The position numbers and the translations under genes are program-made. Source: Fibrobacterota bacterium (lineage in GTDB: Bacteria > Fibrobacterota > Fibrobacteria > UBA5070). From it: DNA of 64,000 nucleotides. The notes beneath the pieces are model-generated. The model did not search any database. It saw only the letters and a list, made by a program, of their open reading frames with translations, and had not been told where the DNA came from. Positions 47,377-55,670 of the stretch are shown piece after piece (within the stretch, counting starts at the first letter, position 1; each line of letters begins with the position of its first letter). The stretch covers positions 212,286 to 276,285 of the forward strand of contig JADKBN010000002.1 in assembly GCA_016715065.1 (NCBI GenBank), read 5' to 3'.

Positions 47377-48102
47377 ATGAGTCCATTCTGGCTTGCCTGG
47401 TCGTTTTTGACGGTTTTTCCGGCGCCGGGCCAGAAGGTGGCCACCTCCGAGGAATTCGTGCGCTCGCGGGTCTGGTATCCGGCAGTGGGCCTTGCCTTGG
47501 GCTGCCTGTGGGGCGGTGCCGCCTGGTTGGTGGGGCATTGGAATCCGCCCGCCGGGTTGACCGGGGTGGTTTTGTTGGCGGTGGGGCTTCTGGCCACGGG
47601 GTTTCTCCACTTCGATGGCCTGCTGGACAGCGCCGACGCCTTGTTGGCGCCCCGCACTCCCCAACGGCGATTGGAGATCCTCAAGGACGTCCACATGGGA
47701 TCGTTCGCGTTGGGGGTTGGTGGTCTGTGGCTGATCGGGATGTGGCAAGTTTTGTCCATGGGTGTCGATTGGCGTTTTTTGGTGGCCTTGCCGGTCCTTT
47801 CGCGTGCGGCTCTGCTGGTGCCCATCCACTTGTTCCCGTACGCGCGCGCCGTGGACGCAAGCTCCTTGGACCGGTCCGCAAAGGGCCTGGCGTGGCGTTG
47901 GGTGTTTCCCGTATTGTCCTGCGCCCCGGCAGTCTGGCTCTTCCCCGCCCAAGCCCTCACCGTATTGGGCATACAGATCGCGGGCGCGTGGTGGGCCTCT
48001 CGCAAGCTCGGGGGCGGGATCACCGGCGACATCTACGGGGCCTTGCTGTGTTTGTCGGAATTTGGCGCCTTGACCCACCATGTTTTGGGAGTTCCCCGAT
48101 GA
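47377..48102 (+). CDS. cobS: Adenosylcobinamide-GDP ribazoletransferase (cobalamin synthase) CobS
   Basis: 241-aa polytopic membrane protein with CobS topology and conserved motifs (...GDIYGAL...). Confidence 0.85.
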   Translation: MSPFWLAWSFLTVFPAPGQKVATSEEFVRSRVWYPAVGLALGCLWGGAAWLVGHWNPPAGLTGVVLLAVGLLATGFLHFDGLLDSADALLAPRTPQRRLEILKDVHMGSFALGVGGLWLIGMWQVLSMGVDWRFLVALPVLSRAALLVPIHLFPYARAVDASSLDRSAKGLAWRWVFPVLSCAPAVWLFPAQALTVLGIQIAGAWWASRKLGGGITGDIYGALLCLSEFGALTHHVLGVPR

Positions 48103-48146
48103 ATTCGATTGGATGTCCACGAAGGGGGGCAATGAACCGGTGGAAA

Positions 48147-48198
48147 TCCGTTCGTCCTGAGGAGCGAGGCTTGCCCTCGCGTCTCGAAGGGCGGACGG
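48147..48198 (+). repeat. REP-like repeat family B, copy E
   Basis: TCCGTTCGTCCTGAGGAGCGAGGCTTGCCCTCGCGTCTCGAAGGGCGGACGG. Confidence 0.6.
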
Positions 48199-48250
48199 GA
48201 ATGAATTTCTCGAAAGATTTAAGATGAATCGTCTTCGCCAGTCTACTCCA

Positions 48251-48295
48251 CCGTCGCCCTTCGAGACGCGCCTGCGGCGCTCCTCAGGACGAACG
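48251..48295 (-). repeat. REP-like repeat family B, copy F (inverted relative to copy E)
   Basis: CCGTCGCCCTTCGAGACGCGCCTGCGGCGCTCCTCAGGACGAACGG. Confidence 0.6.
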
Positions 48296-48319
48296 GCGCG
48301 ATTTTTGTCCATCCAGAAC

Positions 48320-49159
48320 ATGCTTGCTCTGAGCGGACTGGTTTTGTCGGTTGGGTGCGGCAATCCGCCGGCGCCTGCCCGGACGGACCTTCCCCGTCGG
48401 ATCGTATCGGTGACCATCACCGGCGATGTGGTCTTGCAGGCCTTGGTGGATTCGTCGCGGGTGTTGGCGGTCTCGGCCTTGGCCGACGACTCGGGAATCC
48501 ACGAGGCCGCAGGGCTGTTTCCCGCCAAACCCCGCGTCGGTCCCGATCTGGAGCGCATCGTGTCGATGCGGCCGGACCTGGTGCTGTTGGGCTCTTTCCA
48601 CGACCCGGCGTTTCTGCACGCCATCCGCCAATCCGGTCTTCCGGTGGAAGTGTTGGAAAGTCCGCGATCGTTTGAAGATGTCCGTGGATTTTTGCGGAGG
48701 GTGTCAGGGCGATTGGGCTCTGGGGCGTCCGGAGACAGCTTGGTGGGCTGGATGGACTCCACCTTGAATGCGGCACGGGAGAAAACTCGTGGGTGTCCCG
48801 GAAAGCCAAGGGTGTTGTACTGGTCGGACGGCTACACGGCGGGGGATTCTTCCACGGTGGGAGAAATGTTGGAATGGATCGGGGCCAAGAACGCCGCTGC
48901 CGAGCTGGGACTTACCGGCTCCAAACCGATTTCGGTGGAAGATGCCCTGCGACTGGCCCCGGATTGGGTGCTGCGCAGCGGATGGGAAGGCATGGGAGGC
49001 ATGAAGGCTTTCCCGCAGGCGCTGCAAGATCTTCCCGCGGTGCGCGATGGGCGCGTGGTGGTGGTTCCCGGGAAATGGCTGTTGTCCACCTCGCATCGCA
49101 TGGCGTTTGGAGCCGATTCCCTGGCTCGATCCCTCGCCGGGGCTTGCAAAGGAAGGTGA
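48320..49159 (+). CDS. btuF: Periplasmic cobalamin/siderophore-type ABC substrate-binding lipoprotein (BtuF-like)
   Basis: ATG 48320 gives MLALSGLVLSVGCG (lipobox); RIVSVTITGDVVLQALV...IVSMRPDLVLL pattern of PBP type 8; the ORF start at 48224 is a repeat-derived extension. Confidence 0.7.
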   Translation: MLALSGLVLSVGCGNPPAPARTDLPRRIVSVTITGDVVLQALVDSSRVLAVSALADDSGIHEAAGLFPAKPRVGPDLERIVSMRPDLVLLGSFHDPAFLHAIRQSGLPVEVLESPRSFEDVRGFLRRVSGRLGSGASGDSLVGWMDSTLNAAREKTRGCPGKPRVLYWSDGYTAGDSSTVGEMLEWIGAKNAAAELGLTGSKPISVEDALRLAPDWVLRSGWEGMGGMKAFPQALQDLPAVRDGRVVVVPGKWLLSTSHRMAFGADSLARSLAGACKGR

Positions 49160-49200
49160 TCGCGCGGTTCGCGCTCGGAATCGCTTACCTTTCCAGTCTG

Positions 49201-49797
49201 ATGGAATTTTCTGCGGAAGAAGCATTGGCCAAGCTCCGGACCGGAGTGTTTTTGGTGGCCCGCCACGAAGTTCTCAAGGATCCGAACTTCCAGGGAACCA
49301 TCATCCTTTTGTGTGCCCACGAGAAGGATGGTGATTACGGCTTGGTACTCAATCGGGTTTCCCACATGCCGCTGGACGAGGTCTTCGAAAGCCTCCCTCC
49401 GGAGATGCGGGGGATCCGCACGGTCCACCTGGGAGGCCCGGTGGAGCAAGACAAGATCCAGATCCTGGATTGGAGCCAAGAGCCTGCACCGGAATCCCAA
49501 CAGATCGCCAAAGGGCTGACCATGGGCGGGCACTGGAACTTTACGTGGCAGCTGGAAGACGACCCTTTGGAGGAATCTCCCGGCAAGCGGTTCCATCAGG
49601 CCGAACCTGACTCCTACCGCATTTTTTTGGGGTATTCCGGTTGGGGCCAAGGGCAGTTGGAGAGCGAAATCGAGGTCGGCGCTTGGCAGGTTTTCGAGGC
49701 CGATGTCGTGCGCACCTTGGGGCTTGCTGCCAAGGAACTTCCCGCCAACGAAGAGGAGTTCGCCCGATGGACCTTGCAGCATCCCGCGCTCACGTGA
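49201..49797 (+). CDS. YqgE/AlgH family protein (UPF0301)
   Basis: MEFSAEEALAKLRTGVFLVARHEVLKDPNFQGTIILLCAHEKDGDYGLVLNR matches YqgE/AlgH. Confidence 0.75.
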   Translation: MEFSAEEALAKLRTGVFLVARHEVLKDPNFQGTIILLCAHEKDGDYGLVLNRVSHMPLDEVFESLPPEMRGIRTVHLGGPVEQDKIQILDWSQEPAPESQQIAKGLTMGGHWNFTWQLEDDPLEESPGKRFHQAEPDSYRIFLGYSGWGQGQLESEIEVGAWQVFEADVVRTLGLAAKELPANEEEFARWTLQHPALT

Positions 49798-50237
49798 TCC
49801 GATCGGCTTTCCTTCTCCTGTTGCTGGCCATGGGGGTGTCTGCCCGGCCACTTTTGCTGGAAGGATTCGTTCAATCCGGCTCGCATGTGGGAGAATGGAA
49901 CCCTCGGCTGTCGTGGTCGTTCCATGGCTTGGCCCAGCTGGACCAAATGGTCGCGGCCGGGGTCGGCTTTGGCTATGAAGCCGTGCCAGGTCGGCCAGCG
50001 GGTCTGATCGATGCTCGCATGCAAGTGCGGCTCCCGGTGGGGCGCCAAGCCCTGCCCTACCTGGACGTGGAATCCGGGATCGCGATTCGCCCCGTGCTGG
50101 AAGATTCCTATCTGATGTGGAAAATGGGCGGTGGATTTGACCTCAAGCTGGGCGACCATTCCAGCCTTCTGGCCGGAGTGGGTTTGGCTGCGGTCGGACG
50201 CATGTACGGTCGCCTGGGGTTGCTTTTGGAACTATGA
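49767..50237 (+). CDS. Hypothetical secreted small protein (possible small beta-barrel)
   Basis: GAGGAG ribosome-binding site then ATG 49767; signal peptide MDLAASRAHVIRSAFLLLLLAMGVSA; ends with an aromatic-rich C-terminus. Confidence 0.4.
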   Translation: MDLAASRAHVIRSAFLLLLLAMGVSARPLLLEGFVQSGSHVGEWNPRLSWSFHGLAQLDQMVAAGVGFGYEAVPGRPAGLIDARMQVRLPVGRQALPYLDVESGIAIRPVLEDSYLMWKMGGGFDLKLGDHSSLLAGVGLAAVGRMYGRLGLLLEL

Positions 50238-50267
50238 TGGTTCGAATTCCCTGAAAGGATTCCCTGT

Positions 50268-51536
50268 ATGCGCTTTTGTCTTCTTTTTGCGTTTTTCCAA
50301 GTGCCCGTCTTGGCCGCCGGCCTACCCGTCACCTTCGAGACCGGAAGCGGAGCGAAGGCTGCGCAAGTGAACCAGAACTTCAAGTACCTGGACAGCGCCG
50401 TAAACAACCACGCGAAGCAACTGGAAAACAAAGCGGATCAATCCGCCGTGCTGGGAATTGTCTCCATCGTGGGCGCCAAGGTGGACACCGCCGCCTTGAC
50501 CACACGATTGACCAAGTACGTCGCCACCACGGGATTGTCTTCCTACGCGACCAGTGCGACCCTGACCACCGGCTTGGGCGCCAAGGTGGATACGGCCAAA
50601 CTGGCCGCCGCATTGGGCAAAGAGGTGGATACCGCAGCGCTCACCACCCGATTGGGCGACTATGCGAAAACCTCCGCTCTGAGCGATTACGCGAAGACCT
50701 CGGCGCTTTCCGGCTACGCGACCTCTGCGGCGCTCACCACGGGCCTGGCGACCAAACCAGATCGCTCCGAGGTGATGGTCGTGGGCAAAACGGGCGCGGT
50801 GATCCCGACTTCCGTGGCGGTGAGTGGAACGGATCCGGAGATCAAAGCAGGGCTGTTCCACGCTGCTGAGTGGGCAATTGACTTTCCACACGGACACATC
50901 GCGACCTCCTACGGGTTTCCAGCCTGGTACGTGGAGGCGAACTCCGAGGATGGCTTCCGGATCGGCCGGTATGGCGGCGGTCCCACGAGCCCCATCTTTC
51001 ATCTCGAGATCCTGCAGGGTACGGGCATCACGCTGCGTGGCGCCGTCAAGACCACGGATTCTCTGGTGGTGGGCAAAAACTTGCGCGTAACGGGAAAGAT
51101 CACCGCCGTTGCGGCGGGATCTGTCATTCCGGATTATGTCTTCGAGCCGGAGTACAAGCTTGCAACCCTTCGCGAGGTGGAATCCTTCACCCAAGCCAAC
51201 AAGCATCTGCCGGATGTTCCAAGCGCGGCAGAAATCAAAGCCGGGGGACTGGACCTGACGGAGATGAACCTCACGCTTTTGCGCAAGGTGGAAGAACTGA
51301 CTCTCCACGCCATCGCCCAGGAAAAGCGCATCCAAAATCCTGGAAACCCTGCTGACAAAGTGACCATAGCCACCTGGAAGGGCCCCAGGAAACTAAGTGG
51401 GCATCCGGAGGCCGTCGCTCCCTCACGGCAGGGGATTGCCTCGGGGATCGCGGAGGTATTTACTTTCAGGGCGTCAATCAACCGCCATCTCCCGGAGCTT
51501 CCATGCACACCAACCTCTTGCTGCTTGCCTCACTGA
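50268..51536 (+). CDS. Secreted protein with a tail-fiber-like C-terminal domain (paralog 2), with a possible frameshift at its 3' end
   Basis: Signal peptide MRFCLLFAFFQVPVLAA; KVDTAALTTRL repeats; C-terminal IPDYVFEPEYKLATLREVESFTQANKHLPDVPSA...LTLHAIAQEKRI followed by an atypical 65-aa extension that overlaps the next gene. Confidence 0.55.
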   Translation: MRFCLLFAFFQVPVLAAGLPVTFETGSGAKAAQVNQNFKYLDSAVNNHAKQLENKADQSAVLGIVSIVGAKVDTAALTTRLTKYVATTGLSSYATSATLTTGLGAKVDTAKLAAALGKEVDTAALTTRLGDYAKTSALSDYAKTSALSGYATSAALTTGLATKPDRSEVMVVGKTGAVIPTSVAVSGTDPEIKAGLFHAAEWAIDFPHGHIATSYGFPAWYVEANSEDGFRIGRYGGGPTSPIFHLEILQGTGITLRGAVKTTDSLVVGKNLRVTGKITAVAAGSVIPDYVFEPEYKLATLREVESFTQANKHLPDVPSAAEIKAGGLDLTEMNLTLLRKVEELTLHAIAQEKRIQNPGNPADKVTIATWKGPRKLSGHPEAVAPSRQGIASGIAEVFTFRASINRHLPELPCTPTSCCLPH

Positions 51537-53038
51537 CCACCGTCTCGGTGGCGGGCGTACCCAACACATTCAAGATCAGCGACCCAGCCAAAGCCGAACT
51601 GGTCAACGCAAACTTCAAGTACTTGGATAGCGCGGTGGGCACCAAAGCAGACACTGCCGCCCTCAGCGCCCTGAAGGCAAGCATTCCTGCCAGTGTGAAC
51701 ATCGGTGGCAAGGTGGACACCGCCGCGCTCACCACCCGCTTGAATGGCTATGCCGCCGCGGGCACTGTTGCCGCTGCTTTGGGTGCCAAAGCCGACACCA
51801 CCGCGCTGAACGCGGTCAAGGCGAGCATTCCCGTGGGTGTGAACATCGGTGGCAAGGTGGACACCGCCGCACTCACCGTGCGGCTGGCCGGTTACGCTCC
51901 CGCCGGGGCTCTGGCAAATTTTGCCACGACCAGTTCCTTGGCGGCCTATGCGACCTCCGCTGCCCTGACCAATTGACTGGGCGCCAAAGCCGACACTACC
52001 GCATTGAACGCGGTGAAGGCGAGCATTCCTGCCGGCGTGAACATCGGCGGCAAAGTGGACACCGCCGCGCTCACCACGCGCCTGACCAGCTACGCCAAGT
52101 CCACCGATCTTGCCACCTACGCCAAGTCCACCGACCTGACTGGGTTCGCCAAGACAACGGATCTTTCTGGATATGCCACCGCCACCTCTCTAGCCAACTA
52201 TGCCCCGCTGACCACTCTTGCCAGTTACGCGAAGTCCACCGACCTCGCTGGCTATGCCACCACGACATCGCTGGCCACCTACGCGCCGCTCACCACTCTC
52301 GCCAGCTACGCCAAGACCACAGATTTGTCGGTCTATGCCAAGACTGCCGCCCTTGCTTCTTACGCCACCACCGCCGCCGTGGCCGGAAAAATGAACACCG
52401 CCGATTACGTGGCGAGCGGTCACCTCAAGGCATTGGGCGGGATCACTGGTGGGCGAGGGATGAGCGGGTCGTTCGTGGGGAGCAACCTCATCCTGGATAC
52501 AAACGAACTCCGGATGGAAAACGCGGGGAACTTCACCCTTCTCAACAACACCTCGCTCATTTGGCGCCAGGAGTACAGTGGATGGACGATCAAAACTGGC
52601 GATGACTTTAGGATTGTTAGAAACACCCGGTCATTCGACTTTACCGGTTTGATCCTCACAGACTTCAAGGCGGAATTTCCCAACAGCGTGGCGATCGGTG
52701 GAGAATTCACAGTCGCTGGTGCGACGCAATTTTCCGGTGACGTGAAGATCGACGGCGCCCTGACGGTCCAGGGTGTGAACGTTCCCGATTACGTGTTCGA
52801 GTCTGATTACAAGCTGGCCCCGTTGGCTGAAGTCGAAGCCTACACCCAGGCCAACAAGCACCTGCCGGAAGTGCCCAGCGCCAAGGAAATCGAGGCTGGC
52901 GGAATGGATCTGGCCAAGATGAACCTGACACTGCTTCGCAAGGTGGAGGAGCTCACCCTCCATGCCATCGCTCAGGAAAAGCAGATCAAGAGCCAGAGCG
53001 ACCGGCTCCAAGCCCTGGAATCCCGGCTGGCCAACTGA
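51503..53038 (+). pseudogene. Tail-fiber-like paralog 3, interrupted by an in-frame TGA at 51974-51976 (ORFs 51503-51976 and 52004-53038 are in the same frame)
   Basis: Signal peptide MHTNLLLLASLTTVSVAG; repeated ALNAVKASIP.GVNIGGKVDTAALT units on both sides of the stop; C-terminal VPDYVFESDYKLAPLAEVEAYTQANKHLPEVPSA...LTLHAIAQEKQI. Confidence 0.6.
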
Positions 53039-53071
53039 AGTAGACAAAAGCGCCCTGCCATCGCAGCGGGG

Positions 53072-53105
53072 CTGCCACGAGGGAAGGCAATGCGCCTTCC
53101 CTTTT
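53072..53105 (+). terminator. Rho-independent terminator after tail-fiber paralog 3
   Basis: GGGAAGGCAATGCGCCTTCCC followed by TTTTT. Confidence 0.55.
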
Positions 53106-54187
53106 TAGTTTGCTTTCTGTGCCAACTGCCCACACGCAGCCAGGATATCCTGGCCCTTGGGCTTTCGCAAATACACCTGCAATCCCGCGTCCACCAGCCG
53201 GCTCTCGAAGTCCAGGATTTCTTCCTGGGTCGGGGCACGCAAGGCGATGTCGTCGGCGGCGTTGAGCGGGATCAGGTTGATCTTGCAGTGGCGGCCACCC
53301 AGCAAACCCGCAAGCTCGCGCGCGGCTTGGCTGGTGCAGGTCACATCTCCAATCAAAACGTATTCGTAGGTGATCGGCCAGTTGGCCGCGATGCTCCACG
53401 AATCGCCAGCCAACAGAAGATCGTGGATCGGGTGGCGGCGGTTCACGGGCATCACCTTGTTGCGCATCTCGTCGTTGGAGCTGTTGAGGGAGATCGCCAG
53501 GTGGTATTGCGGGGCCTCTTCGGCCAAGCGATCGATACCGGCAATCAACCCTGATGTGCTGATGGTGATGCGACGCGGCGACATCCCCAGGCCTTTGGGA
53601 TGCGTGATGACTTCGCATGCTTGCAGCACATTGGAAAGATTGTTCAGCGGCTCGCCCATGCCCATGAACACGATGTTGGTGAGCTGAGGCTGTTGGGTGT
53701 CGCGTAGATAGCGCCGCACGTGAGCGACCTGTTGCAAAATCTCACCGTGCGAAAGATTGCGCTGAAAGCCCATCTGGGCGGTCCGGCAGAAGGTGCATCC
53801 CATGGCGCACCCCACTTGCGAACTCACACAGGCGGTCCGCCGATCCTCCTCCGGGATCATGACGGTCTCAAAACGCTTGCCGTCAGCGTCCTGGAAGGCC
53901 CACTTGGCGGTGCCATCGGAGGAAACCTGTTGATCTACCTGATCCAGCGCTCCGAGCTTCATCTGGCTTGCCAGCAAGGCACGGAGGTCTTTGGGGAGAT
54001 TGGTCATCTGGTCGTAAGAGGTGGCAAAATGTGTCCATAGCCACTCCTGGATCTGGGCGGCACGGAACTTGGGCTGCTTTTGGTCGGCAAGCCAGTTCTG
54101 GAGTTCGGCCGTGGTCAGTTCGGAAAGGGTCTTGGTTCGTCCGCGAGCGTCTGTTGGAGTGTGCACGCGGGCCAAGATACCTAACAA
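53105..54187 (-). CDS. rlmN: 23S rRNA (adenine2503-C2)-methyltransferase RlmN (radical SAM)
   Basis: CAMGCTFCRT cluster motif; MGMGEPL; RlmN length. Confidence 0.85.
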   Translation of the reverse strand: MLGILARVHTPTDARGRTKTLSELTTAELQNWLADQKQPKFRAAQIQEWLWTHFATSYDQMTNLPKDLRALLASQMKLGALDQVDQQVSSDGTAKWAFQDADGKRFETVMIPEEDRRTACVSSQVGCAMGCTFCRTAQMGFQRNLSHGEILQQVAHVRRYLRDTQQPQLTNIVFMGMGEPLNNLSNVLQACEVITHPKGLGMSPRRITISTSGLIAGIDRLAEEAPQYHLAISLNSSNDEMRNKVMPVNRRHPIHDLLLAGDSWSIAANWPITYEYVLIGDVTCTSQAARELAGLLGGRHCKINLIPLNAADDIALRAPTQEEILDFESRLVDAGLQVYLRKPKGQDILAACGQLAQKAN

Positions 54188-54188
54188 G

Positions 54189-54839
54189 TCAGGGACGTTT
54201 GGTTTTTAGACGCTTGCGGATGGCCGTGATGGCCAACGGGAGGACCGATACCCCCACGATCCCGAGGATCACGGTGGAAAAATTCTTCTGCACAAAGGCG
54301 ATGTTACCAAAGATCGCGCCTGCCCCGAGGCAGATGCTCACCCACAACAAGGTTCCGATCGCCGAGAACCCCACGTATTTGCCAAAGGGCATTTTCCCCA
54401 AGCCCGCCACGAACGGGGCAAACGTGCGCACGATCGGCACGAACCGCGCGGCGATCACGGTCCAGCCGCCAAACCGGTCGTAGAAGGCCTGGGTCTGGTC
54501 CAGATAGGATTGTTTCAGGAAGCGGGCCTTGGGCGAAAAGGGGATTTTCTGGCCAGCAAGACGCCCGATCCAATAGTTGGATTGATCGCCCAGAAGGGGG
54601 GCCGTGAGGAACACCAAAAACAAAATATCCAGTCGCAACGCGCCACCAGTGGAGGCGGAAAGGGCTCCGGCGGCAAAAATCAAGGAATCGCCGGGCAAAA
54701 AGGGTGTGACCACCAAGCCGGTTTCGCAGAACACCACCAAAAACAGCAAGGCATAGATCCAGGCGCCGTGGAGCGCGAAGAAATCCTTGAGGTAGATGTT
54801 GACATGGAGGATGAAATCGATGAGTTGAGCCGGATCCAT
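54189..54839 (-). CDS. DedA family (SNARE-associated/TVP38) membrane protein
   Basis: ATG 54839 gives MDPAQLIDFILHVNIYLKDFF...VTPFLPGDSLIFAAGAL (DedA signature). Confidence 0.75.
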   Translation of the reverse strand: MDPAQLIDFILHVNIYLKDFFALHGAWIYALLFLVVFCETGLVVTPFLPGDSLIFAAGALSASTGGALRLDILFLVFLTAPLLGDQSNYWIGRLAGQKIPFSPKARFLKQSYLDQTQAFYDRFGGWTVIAARFVPIVRTFAPFVAGLGKMPFGKYVGFSAIGTLLWVSICLGAGAIFGNIAFVQKNFSTVILGIVGVSVLPLAITAIRKRLKTKRP

Positions 54840-54950
54840 GGGGAGCCAAGATACACGAATGGGACACCGACACCAAAGGTGGATGGTGCAATCGGCGATG
54901 GAGGGAATTACATTGGCCCGGCTACACCAGTCCAGCAGGAGAGCGTCACC

Positions 54951-55517
54951 ATGGGTCAGATTCCTTCCAATCTGTGGAAGAAGCGCATGCGCGTCCAGAT
55001 CGAGGGCGTGCCGTACGTGTTCGTCGAAGTCGAGTTCGTCAAGCCGGGCAAGGGCCAGGCGTTTTTGCGCTGCCGCCTGAAGAGCCTCCTGGACGGCCGC
55101 CAGCTGGAGCGGACCTTCAAGTCCGGCGAGTCTCTGGAAGAGGCGATTGTGGAAGAATTCCCCATCCAGTTTTTGTACACGGACAACACCACCTGGCATT
55201 TCATGAACCAGGAGTCCTACGAGGAAGTGGACCTCACCAAAGACCAGATGGACGGTGCGGATCGGTTCATTTTGCCGGAAATGGTCTGCTCGGTGATGAT
55301 GTTCGAGGGCAAGCCCATTGGTGTGTCGCCGCCCACCTTCGTGGAACTGCTCATCACCTACTGTGAGCCCGGCCTCAAAGGGGACACCACCAACACCCCG
55401 TTCAAACCGGCCACTCTGGAGACCGGCGCGACCATCCAGGTGCCGCTATTTGTGGAAAACGGCGAGAAGATCAAGATCGATACCCGCGATGGTTCGTACG
55501 TAGAGCGGGTGAAGTGA
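54951..55517 (+). CDS. efp: Elongation factor P
   Basis: AGGAGA ribosome-binding site then ATG 54951; VKPGKGQAFLRCRLKSLLDGRQLERTFKSGE is the canonical EF-P KOW region; 188 aa. Confidence 0.9.
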   Translation: MGQIPSNLWKKRMRVQIEGVPYVFVEVEFVKPGKGQAFLRCRLKSLLDGRQLERTFKSGESLEEAIVEEFPIQFLYTDNTTWHFMNQESYEEVDLTKDQMDGADRFILPEMVCSVMMFEGKPIGVSPPTFVELLITYCEPGLKGDTTNTPFKPATLETGATIQVPLFVENGEKIKIDTRDGSYVERVK

Positions 55518-55670
55518 ACGGAAGGCAACGCGCCTTTGAACCCAATGCGGACAACTCGCAACCCAATATCCAGAAAGTGGTTGCGAGTTGTCGCGAGACT
55601 CTCTAAGTTCTGTCATCGTTTCGTCACGCACTCACCCTCCACGTCCATCGTCCACACAGGAGCACCCAAT

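Noticed and set aside
50215-50245. tRNA T-loop-like GGTTCGAATTCC
   Set aside because: No acceptor or anticodon stem can be built around it. It lies inside the 3' end of the 49767-50237 coding sequence.
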